Below, in pieces: positions 25,701 through 37,700 of a DNA stretch of 64,000 nt; the first letter of the stretch is position 1; each line of letters begins with the position of its first letter. The notes under the pieces are model-generated. The model was given only the letters and a program-made list of their open reading frames with translations. It made no database searches and was not told the origin of the DNA. Position numbers and translations under genes: made by a program. Origin of the DNA: Podarcis bocagei (Eukaryota); NCBI GenBank assembly GCA_964188305.1, contig OZ076889.1; one strand, 5' to 3'.

Positions 25701-28700
25701 AAAACATTTAAAATTAAACAGACTTCACTGCAGAAATGTACCAGCATATTATTTTTCAGTAATTTCCTAAAGTATTGTAATGTGGTTAGTTTGTAAAATC
25801 AGTTCAAACCAGTATTTAATAGCTTTATTTTCTATTCTAATTTCTCCCCCTTGGAAGTGACAAAACTATAGGGGGTGGGAAATCAATATTTTGCAAAATG
25901 GGTACAAAGTGCTAAAGGAAACGGAATAATTTTAACATTAGATGCCTTTATGTAAAGGCAAATGTGTGCCAGGGGAGCGGTGTATTATTTCTTTCATTTA
26001 AAGGCCATCTTTGAAATTTCAGTTTTTGCTTCTTAGCAGTAAAGGAAGATGGAAAAATAACTTCTACTGCAGGTTTTTAATATGAATCTCCATTCAATTT
26101 TAATGAGCACATTATTTTTCGTCTGTCACTTCTAGTTTGCATCTTTTTAATTATGAAGAATACTATTAGTCAAATAGTATATAGAGAAGATTTGTTGTCA
26201 GTATTTTAATTTCTCTTGACATTCCTTGTTTTACGTTCTGCTCTGAGATCTCTGCTCAAGCAGTCCAGACCACTATATAACTCCCTGTCTGGGAAAGGTT
26301 TGGATGAGGCATAAGTAGGCCTCCCCCATTGAAAAACTGCCTATATTGCTTGGGGGGGGGGACTCCACACCAGCAGAAATACATCTGCCCACCCACAGAT
26401 TGCAGGGCAGATGAAAATGCCCCCACCAGCAGCTAAGCTTGTGGAGAACCCCAAAACGGGGGGCGGGATTACCGTCAGCAATGGAGATAGGAGGTATGGT
26501 GGAAAGGGAGGGGGGAAACACCAACCTGGGGTGAAGGCAGGGACCCAAGCTCAATAGTGATAGGAGAGAAACCAAATCCAGAGGGTAATGGGAAGGAGGA
26601 AAACCCAACACAGCAAACTGCAGGAAGCAAAACTCAATGTTGGGGGGGGATGAGTGGGTTCACATCCAGGGGAGTAAGTTTTCTGGTGGGTGCCAGAGGG
26701 GCACCAAGCATTAGGAAACAGCAGCTGCTGGGGCAGGCAGAGGAGCTAATGAAGGGATGAAAGATGTGGAACTGTGGTGGGAGCAAGTAGCTGGAGGAGG
26801 GGAGGAAGAGTTGCTGGGAGGGGCCCAGCCACAGGAAGAAAGGAGAAGTGGTGGAAGGCCACAGTGATTGATAGCTGGGGGTGCATTCAGAAGGCTGCAG
26901 AAATCAGCAGGATTTGCTAATATTATGGGCTGAATAATTGCTTGCCTGTGCAGCCTCCATCATCCTTCGTGCCCTGGCAGGGGTTTCTGCCCAGCAACAT
27001 CTTCCACCATGGGCAGCTTCTGATGGGTTGCACTGCTTTGGTGACTGATTTATGGGATCAAGTCATGGAAGCACCGGCGTCTCATTGTCAGCTTTCTGAA
27101 CACCCATTTGATCACCACATGGGTAGTACAGTGTGCCCTATAATAGTGCCTATCTGGAGTTACAGAGAAAGTGGCACATAAGTGCATTTGAGAGGATTGG
27201 CTCCCTCTGCCTCCACCATTGCATGACAGGTTCCACCTGCAAGCAATGGAATGACACCTTTGGTGCCATCAGGAAATGAGCCTGGGAACTAATCTGCTCC
27301 AGCGTGATATTAATGGAGGCTTTGAACAAAGCCTTGGAGGCAGGTAAGAAGATCCTTGCCCATACCCCATCAAAGACACGAACAACAGCCAGAGTGATGT
27401 CGGTAATGTATTAGTGGCCTCGATTCCCAAGGATCTTTCAGGGATGGGAGAGGTGGTGGTGCAGTGCCAGCACCAGTGGAGGAAGGTGTGGCTATGGAGG
27501 CTGTCCAACCAGCTCAGCTGCACAGCCTCTCCCCAATGTATCCCAGAGGTGGGTGCGCATTCTCTTTGTGGATGAGTTGCATCCTCTCTGCACTCTGGTT
27601 TCAGTGAGTATGTCTCGGCAGAGTTGCCAGCCACAAAGATCAGCACCATGGACAGCACTTGAGCTGTCTTCTGCTCACATGCATTCTGCGCCTCTGAGGC
27701 CCAGTAGCCCTCATGGACATGGTGGTTGGCCTCCCGCTTGCTGGGCGCTGTGGCTGCCATTCAGCAGGGTAGGTCTGCACAAGATCCTGAGATGCCACTG
27801 CCTCAACCACCCAACAGACCCCAGACCAGCACTTATGCCACCTATGGACCTGGACCATAGGAGACTGAGGAGAGGATGACCCTCATATGGGAGTGGAAGA
27901 ACAATGAAACTCCTAGCAGCTTGGGAGGGGGCAGGCCCAATCCAGGGAATGTTGGGGTGAATGATGGGGGCAGTACCCTCTCCAATGCTAAGGATTTGTC
28001 TTTGGAGGGCAGCAACAGGGAGTGGAAAGGGGTGATCAGCAGTGACAGGAGGCTTCGTCTTGGGGACACTGCACTGTTGGTGGGTCATTGTCTGCTGGAG
28101 GTGAGGGATGCAGGAGGAATGGGAGGTGGCTTTGGAGGACGAGGCTACAGACAACTTATTTGGATGAATCAAGAGTGAACTAAGATGCTACAAATTTACA
28201 GATCAACTTCAAACAAGCATTCGATCAAGGAATTAAGCATATAAATCATGAAGCAGGGTTGTTAAGGTCTGGTGAATCTGTACAGGTTTTTTCCCCCCTT
28301 ACATGACCATCTTAACTGAAGTTTCTCCAGCTGTGTTTGTGTCCTCCCTGCAGAAACACATCTCCTCAAATGCAATATTCCTCTAACAATAATACCTCTC
28401 AAATTCCTTGTCACTATCCTGGAGTTTTGGTTGTTCCTTTCAGAACATGAGGCTTAAGAGGGCTGTTTTGCCTGACTTGCTTTTCAGCTGGAATGTAAAG
28501 CTTCAGATCTACACTCACCAAAATTCTTTCTACTTAATTGCATCTGCGCCCCACCCTTTTCCCAAGGAGCTTAGGTTGGCATACATGGCTGTCCACCCCC
28601 ATTTTACCCAGCTATCCCTTAAGGTCAAGACAGTGACTTGTGCAAGGTCCACCCAGGGAGCTTCATGGCTAAGTGTGGCTTTGGACCTGGATTTCCCTGG

Positions 28701-31700
28701 TCCTGGTTGGATTTTTAACCATGTTGGCTTTGAGTGCCTCTCTCCTGTGTTCTCTTCTGCACTGACAGTGATCCCACGTTCACATAATTAGCACAAAGGC
28801 GCAAAGCCTGTTTAAAGATACAGTGTGTAATGTGGGTGTGCTAATGTCTGCATATGAGTAAGGTGTCGTGGAGGAGGAACCTAACCCTTACCTTTTGTTT
28901 TGGCTGCCAGTGCATTTAATTAGAAACCATGCATAATTAAATGCCTGCCAATGCATTTAATTAGAAACCATGCATCTTGGAAAATTCATGTGGCGTGCCT
29001 ATATTCTTCCTTGCTGCTAGTCTGTTAATAGGAGGCAATGCAAACCTGCCCCTGTGTCTGTCTCCCCAGGTCAGGAAGGCCTAGAAGGAAACTGGTGTGG
29101 GGGCCTCCAGTTCTGAGGCAGGGATATCCAGATCCAATGGCTCTTCATGGTCACTGGCAATATGGAGATCTTCTGAAAGATGCTGGTCCTCTTTTGAAGA
29201 GAATCCAGGTCTGCAGTCTGGGCAGGGCTGACTCCTTCCACACATTGCCGTTCACAAAGATAGGCCTGTACTGTAGCTTCCTATGTTGTCAGTAGAACAG
29301 GAGTCTCTGTTCTGGTCCATTAGTGAAGATTGGAAGCCAACCTACCACCTTGACCTCAATTTAGATGTCCTAGCTGCCACAGTAGCACCAGCTGATCTCT
29401 GCCATAGCCCAGTCACCTGGAGTTGAGTCATTCGTGTTTTGAGATTACTTGTACTTTTTAATCCTAATAGGAAAATGGATGTTAAGCTTAAAACTGTTTT
29501 AGTGAGGATATTTTGTGAAGCCTGGATTTGAAGGGGTACAGTGTATTAGCTCTGCTTTACAAACTCTGGGGCTTTAAGACTGTCCATTGGCCTCAAATGC
29601 CCTGACGAGCGGAGCCCAAGACTCCCACCTTGTTTTCCTGCCTAGTGCTTTAATCATTTTGATGTTGAAGATAAGCTAGCTGAGACTCGTCAGGCAGAAG
29701 ACATCCTTTAAAGAATGTTTTTTTGCTGAAAAACTCAACACCATGGTGCTGAAAAAGTGTTTGTGCAACTTGCAAATGTAACCTACTTCTCATATCACTT
29801 AAATTATTCATCAAACTTCTAAGCACAGTTGTAGAAGCAGAGGGGCAGATTATTACCATTGCTGGTTCGTCTCATTAAGTAAAGGTCTGTCTGGTTCCTC
29901 CAGTTTGCCTTAGATCCAGGGTACCTTTCATGGAGTGGTTGGCAATGATGCATGTGAAAGGTTCTGAGTTCCTCTTGCTGAAAAGAACAGGAGCAAGTGG
30001 CCTTTTTGTTTTCATAAATGTGTATGAAATCCCAAAGTATGCAGTTTATAGTATGTATTTTTGGCTTTTATCTCTTTTCTGCTGCAAAGTGAATAAGATG
30101 CTTGCATATTTTTTCAGACTGAAAATGATGAGCTGAGGGGAAGGAATGGGCTTCACAGGCTGTGGAACACATCTGATTGATCAGGAAGTGTAATTTTGGG
30201 GGGATGGAGGGTTGTCTGGAAGAAAACAGGCAGGTATAATATGAGGGGGGGGGAGAACGGGGTTGAAGAAGAACAGATGGTAAGAGAGGCATGTGTAACT
30301 AGATGACAATGAGGACCTCACAAATAGACACAGAGAAAGAGAGAGACTTATAGTTCTTTCACCACCACCACCCACCATGGTTTTCTCTCCTCTGCCCCTC
30401 CTTCATGCTTGTTATTTGTCAGAGAAGCTAAAGGTGCCTCTTACCTTTCATTTCCCGGGAGTCTTTACAGCCATCTTCACCCCATTACTGTCTGCACATC
30501 AGCGCACGGCAAATCAGCGTCGCTACCCTTGGCCATGTTTTCCTGCTTCCACCTCCATCCAGTTTTATCACCCAAAGTGACACTGTTTGTCATTAGAAGC
30601 AAGCATGATGATGATCACCACAATTTCTTTTATTTCTTTCTGAATTAAGTAAACTGATGATGTGTGAAATTAAACCAAGTTGCCCTTAGGGCAGTATCAT
30701 CAACCTTGAGATCCTGTCTGCCCCAGGCTTTCGTTGAGTTCCCCGCAGGGCTCTCCACGCTGCGGATAGCAGCCTGCCACCCGGCGCGAGGGGCGCCCTG
30801 AAGCAGAGCGCCCCACCCGCCGGACAGACACCCGCAGTGTGGGGAGCCCTGCGGGAGTTCCCGCAGGGCACCCTACGCTGCGGATAGCAGCCTGCCGCCC
30901 GGCGCGAGGGGTGCCCTAAAGCAGAGCGCCCCGCCCGCCAGACAGACATCGGCCAGCCCCACAAGCTCGGGGGACAGCAAGCAGGCGCAGCGCCATCATC
31001 CCGCTGTTCCTCGACCTGGTTCGGTTTCCCCAACCTGGTTTTGGGGGGGGGGGAATAAAGGAAATTTCCCCCCCTTTATTTCCCCCCCAAAAAACTAGGT
31101 GCGTCCTATGGGACGGAGCGTCCATGGGACGAAAAATACGGTAGATGGAAGTTTTGGGTTAACACCCATCCATTTTGGTTCTTAACTCTGCTTGCTGTCA
31201 TTTTCATTTTCCCACTCCTTTTAATGAGAGAATAAACCACACATCTCCAGCTTGTAAATTTGGGGTTTTCTATTTGAATGGCATGACAGGGACGTTCAGC
31301 TATCCCCCCCCCCAAGTTATAAGACCTGCCAAATTTCAGCCAGATTGGCAAAGGGTCTCCATTTTAGTTAAGACACCCACATTCCTATTTCACCTTTGCC
31401 TTACATTACAACAGATGTAAAATAAGGGTGGCTGCATTTATCCCCCCCCCCTTCAGTTGCTTTAGAAATGATTGCACAAAACAGAACCTGTGCTTTGTCC
31501 CCTTGTAATTGCATCTATCATTCTGCAGCCTCATGCTATGGCCTAGCATATAATGAGAGTGTGATATACAGGGAATACACTGACCATTGTGGAGTAGACT
31601 TGAATACGTCAGTATAAAATGCCAACATGGCTCAACTAAGTGCAGCCTGCTTAAGTGTTGTTGATCTCCAGATAAAATCAAACCTGGCACAGACTTATCT

Positions 31701-34700
31701 GGAGATCATGCAGTTTCTGGGCAATTTTGTATATTAGCTACAATGGTGGAACAAATCCTTCATAAATATTACACCCATATTTCAGTGGAGACGTAACATC
31801 TGGCATTTGTGCTTTTAGCTTTCTTACCCATCTCTCCTGTTAATGTAACTCTCTTGTAATGTTTAGGGAGTGTCTGTTCTCTGGAACTGTACAGTAGCAC
31901 TCCCTTAACGGCTGGGCTTTTCTCTTTGTTCTGTTCCAGGTCAACGTGGAGTCTTAAGGGAGATTACATTGCCTCCAACACAGACGAGTGCACAGCCACT
32001 CTGGTGTATGCTGTTAATCTGAAGCAATCTGGCACTGTCTCCTTTGAGTATATCTACCAAGACAGCAGCATCGTCTTTGAGTTCTTTGTATGTTTCCTAT
32101 AACTCAATCTACCTTGCTAATACTGCATGCAAAGTGAGGGTGGATTTCTTCTGGGCACTGTCTTTACCTATATGACCACCTCTGCACTAGTTTTCACTTT
32201 CTGGGCCTATCTGAAAAATGAATGTTGCATCTTGTTGCAGTCAAGGACAAGGATTCCTGGTATTTAAAGCAGAAAACATGGAAGGAGGTTCGTTTTTGTG
32301 TTGCTGGCAATTCATTTAGCCTCCCACTGAACTGTTACTTCTTGGACTTCATCCGGTGACAAATGAATTTTGGCAGCAGTTATTTTTGCAGTCCTTTCAA
32401 GATACAGTGGTTTCCCTTCTTTAGCGCTTCAAAGATAATGATGCTCATTTAAAACAACAGCATTATTACTTTGGCATCTCCTCTCCTCCCTATTCACTAC
32501 AATACAGTAGCCAAGAAGACTTTTCCAACATTTATACCATCTCCAGGGCCATTAACATATACCACTGTGTTCTTTAAAGTGCACTTCAGATAACTTAACA
32601 ACTCTGAAGTGTATTGAGATGCATTTTATCACAGTTTCTTTCATAGAAGTGGCTCTTCCTCTACATTGCTTTAAGAAAGTGGGTAGATACAGGAATGGTT
32701 GCCTTGAATGCCAAAATGGACACAAAACCATTTAACTTCTTAAAAATCTCTGAACAGTGTGCTCTAGGTTTGCTGCTGGAGGATTAGTTAGGGCACTTTC
32801 TCCATATTGTACTTTGTAGGAGCCCAGAGAAACCTACAGCAGCCTATCTTTCCAGCCTTTAAAGCTATGCATACATTCTCTCTACACTACAGCATTAGAA
32901 CTTGGTCCTACAAAAGAGTTTTGCCCTCCAGCAGCAAAAACGTTAATTTTACAGCGATATCTTAAGCTGACTACTACAAATCAACTTATTTACCCCATGC
33001 ATCCTCATCCCAGGTTCTCATTTGTTGCAGATTCAGAATGACCAGTGCCAGCCAACTGTAGAGGAGTCACGATGGATGAGAACCACAGAGAAAGGGTGGG
33101 AGACGCACACTGTAAGTGCACAGAGCTCCTTAACTGTGCTTATGGCCCGCAGGAGCTTGGAGAAGGAGACCTGTGGGTGCTTCTGGGACTCCGTACTGAA
33201 GTCCCAAACGGTACAGCCTTTCAGCATCAGCTGGGACTTGAACTGTCTGTGCTTTGAACATTTGCAGGTGCAGCTGAGTCAGGGCAACAATGTTCTGTTT
33301 TGGAGAACGACAGCCTTCTCTGTGTGGTCCAAAACTCCCAAGCCTGTGTTGGTGAGGAACATTGAGATTACAGGTTTGTGTTTGGTTGGTGCATGTCTCG
33401 GGTCTGATGCCACTATGCAAGCTGTCGTTGTGCCCAGCAGTGGCTAAAAGTTTTTTTTCCCTCTCTTGCACTGCTATCTAACCTCACCCCTTTCCTCCCC
33501 CCTGTTCCCTAGGAGTAGCCTTCACTTCTGAATGCTTTCCCTGCAAGGCAGGCACCTACACAGCCAAATTAGGTTCTTCCTTCTGCCAGCCATGCCCAGC
33601 AAACTCCTACTCCAGCAAAACAGCTACTTCCTGCCACCAGTGCGAGCCGGCAATGTACTCAGGTGAGCACCTTAGCTAATTATCAGAAAACTTATGAAGG
33701 AGGCTGATTTATAGGAAGCTGCTTTTATATGGAGTCCATCTTGCTCAATATTGTCTACACTGACTGGCAGTGGCTCTCCAGGGTTTATGGCAGGAATCTC
33801 TCCCAGCCCTACCTGGGGATGCTGGGGATTGAACTTGGGACCTTCTATATGCAAGGCAGGGGCAGTACCACTGAGCTATGGGTATTCCCATAGCTTTACT
33901 AAGCAAAAGTATCCCGTATCCCCAGCTGTTTGCCCAGCTTCCAAGTTCAGTTGAATATGCTACCTAAATCTTCCTGCCAGCTTAGAACCCATTGCACCTG
34001 CTCTAACGAAGAAAATCCAGTTGCTCTTCTTTCTCCTCTTCAAAAATGTAATTAATGTAGCCATGTTCTTTCCCCTGTAAGAGGCTAAGTCTGCAGTGTT
34101 GGGTACTGCTTTTGCTTTTGCTTGTAATGATTTGGCATCATCCCTCTGATCACACACACACCATTTTCTTTCTCCCAGTAACATTCACAAGCCTGTGAAA
34201 CTGAGGGGGAGAGGAGGGGAAACAGTAAGCGAAGATGAAACCAAAAGCCTGGGGCAGCCAGTGTAGTGCCCACCCAGATGAGCCTCTGTCAGCCCAAACC
34301 AGCATAGACAGTGGGTCAAAGATGATGGGAGCTCCTGGGAGACAGCCCATTAGCTATCCTTGCCAAAAGCTATTTCTAAGCAGTTTCCATTAACACAAGC
34401 ACCAAGAAGTATTGTTTTAACTTCCTCCTGCCTTATTGATAGCGAGGCATTTAAAAGTGCAGTTATTTAAATTCCCTTCATCATTGGAGGGTGTTGGCAT
34501 GCTTAGAAGCATTTATTATTGCAAGCTGGAAGCATAGGGAAACCCCCCCCCCAGCTTTTGCATGCCCACTTGGGTGCCATTTTCCTTCTTCCCTGGGCAT
34601 TTGATAAGTTTGAGAGAGTTGCGGGGTGGGGACTGGCAAGCAAGATTACTCGCAACGATGGAGAAATTAGCCCAGCCTGGATCTATATGAGCTTTGGAAA

Positions 34701-37700
34701 ATTACTGGGGAAATCTTGAGCTTTTTCAGAGAATTCTCCAAACAAAAGTTTGGAAAGATCTAGCCCATTAAATGTAGGCACATTTTTATCCTCTCCATGG
34801 AAAGTAGGTCTAAGTCTCAAGCAGATTTTTGATCCGTAGTTCTGTGTTTTTGGAGGAATTTTACACAGCTGGATTTGGGGCATCGTTCTCATGTATTACT
34901 CTCTGCATAATGAGGGATATATTTTGTTAGCGCCTTCATGCTTTGAGCAATTTGCTCAGTTCTATGGAACTCTGCCTTGCAGAAAGACTTGGAAAGTTAC
35001 TTTCAAATTACAGGCTCATAGCAGTTTCATTCCTCTTTGTGATTGCTTAGAATCACAGAATCACAGAATTGTAGAGTTGGAAGGGACCACAAGGGTCATT
35101 TAGTCCAACCCTCTGCAATGCAGCAATCTTTTGCCCAGCATGGGGCTTGAACCCATGACTCTTGAGATTAAGAGTCTCATGTTCTACCGACTTAGCTATC
35201 TCAGGCTTGCATCATATCTGGCGAGTACAATATCAGTGTTGTCTGTTCCCCTATAAGAAGTGGCAGCAGTTGGCACATCAGACTGCAGCATTTTGATTGG
35301 TTGCTGTTGTGTAGGAAGACTTTGAATTGATCAGCTTCAAAACCTTAGGCTTGAAGCATTTTACCAGGCTGCTGGAAACTATAGGAGGAGACAATGGACC
35401 TTGGGTTTCCCCTTTCCTACATGGGGAAGGGAGTATTCAACTTAATGACAAAGTGCTCCATCTTCAGGGCAAAATCCCTGCAATTTTCTCATCAATTGCT
35501 GCCACTTTTTCTTACCCTAAAAGGGCTGGGAACTGCCTGCTCCTTTAACATGATACAAAAATGTGTTCTTTGTTCCCGTCAAATTCAATTGTCTTAAGCA
35601 AATAGAAGGCAAATGGCTTCTAACAATTTCTAGGAGAACAACTGTTGGAACTGAAGCCTGAAACGACCTGTACATCTGCAAACATGCACACACTGCCCTT
35701 CTCATTGCTCCGGTTAAATACACTGTATAGATTTATGGTAGCCGTGATTAGTACCTGCTACACAGAGATAAAATATGGGCATGTGTGTGAGATGGGCATG
35801 GCACCTTTCTGAAGTTCCTGCTGATTGTTGCTAGATTGATTCTTTCATGCTCACGTGGTTTTAACCATTGTTTCCTCTTTTCAATAAAGAACCAGGTTCA
35901 GCATCATGCAAGCCACGCCCAGCTTGCACAGATAAGGATTATTTTTATACTCATACAGCCTGTGATACCAATGGAGAGGTAATTCACCTTCTGGATTTCC
36001 TTGTTTGTGATGGTGGCGTTTAAATAATGAAAATTTCTTGTTTAGCTTTTTGATGTACACAGCTATAGAGCTTACCTTTAACGGAAAAGACTGTACTGCA
36101 AAGCATTGTTCATGCTTTAATAAGGAGTAAGTGAGCATGCAGGAATATAAAGGAGTCAGGCCCTGAAGATGGCATGGCTGGCTAAGCCTACCCACCTCTT
36201 TTAATAAGCAGAACCCACTGCTGCTGGTTTCTCCTTATTAGAAGAGGTGTGTGGCCTTGGAAAGGCCTCACCTCCTTGTCTACCTCAGGAAGAAGGAAGT
36301 GGCTACAGCGGGATGTGGCCTGAACCTGCAGGCTTCCTTCTCTTGGTGGTGGTGTGTGGTGACGAAGGGGAGAAACTTGTTCTTCCCATCATCATGCCAC
36401 CACCACCAAGAGAAGGAAGCCTAAATGGGACACAAAGGGGAGAAACACTTTCTCCCCTTGTGTCCTGCCTCAGAGAAGGAAGCCTGTGCAGGATTCCTTG
36501 CAGTGACAGACTTTGGGGTCTCCTGCCCTCTGGGGCAAAATGTATCACGCCGGCACTGGCACCTGGTCACTGTGAAAGCAGAATGTTGGGGTAGTTGGGT
36601 CAATTCAAGCAAGGCTCTTCTTATCACTGCTGGGTGCAAAGAGCACCCCCATGTGGACCATTTCATACTGACAGTATATTACTAAACTTGGGGAGGGAAC
36701 TCAGAACACCCGGGAGGAGGAGGAGCTAATATCTTGGGCCTTCTTTCCTGGAATATTCTCATAATGCTTTTTGCAGATGGGCAGAGAGCCTGTGTAATTG
36801 TTGTTCATGTAAAGAGATATCTAGGCATTGCACAGCTTTTTGCGGATTAAAGTGTATAAATGTTTGCTCCTATCTCTTTCTTATATCAACAGACTCAGTT
36901 AATGTATAAGTGGGCCGAACCAAAGATCTGCAGCGAGGAGCTCCCCGGTTCTGTAGAATTGCCTGCTTCTGGCGTAAAAACTACATGCCCACCTTGCAAT
37001 CCTGGTTTTTTCAAGACAAACACCAGTTCCTGTGAGCCCTGCCCATACGGATCATATTCAAATGGGTCTGGTAATGCTGTTCTGTTCTTTCCTTCTTGGC
37101 TGGCCAAATTGTCACGTGAATTACTTTCTTTAAAATGTTTCAATGAATAGGGACCTGTGCAGTGTCAGTGGGGATGCATGCAGGGAACCTGAAGTTATTG
37201 ATTTGGAGTTGATGTTATTTGTGCTTACTGCATTCAGAGGCGGCATAAAAAGGAGCCCAGTCTTTGTGTGAGCTCTTCATTTTCCTATTCTTCGTTACTG
37301 CTCATAATTCCACATTCTTGCCAATGGCAACAGAGTTGTAAGGTGGAATACAGCTTATGGAACTGGCTGCTTTGTCCTTACACAGATAGCTCCTCTTTGT
37401 CACTTGATTAAAAACAGCCACAACAAAAATGCATGATATGACACTCCCCTTCTATCAGGAAATTCATTGGTAATTTGCAGAGGCGGCTACCACCCTATTC
37501 TTAGGGTTTGCTTACCCGACCACTTTTGCAAATGGAAGAATCAATATGCAACGACTCTCCTGGTAAAGGCCTGCAAGGCCTTATCTTGTGGTAGCAGTGT
37601 AAGTGTAAGTCCTGGAAAACACTCCCCCCCCCCCCCAGCATATGTCAAGATACCGCAAAATAGTGGCTAGAACTCACCGGGCCATTTTGCCACTTTGATA

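Noticed and set aside
30600-30670. Possible C/D box snoRNA (TGATGA and CTGA motifs)
   Set aside because: No terminal stem or recognisable guide; the motifs arise in a GAT-rich low-complexity patch.
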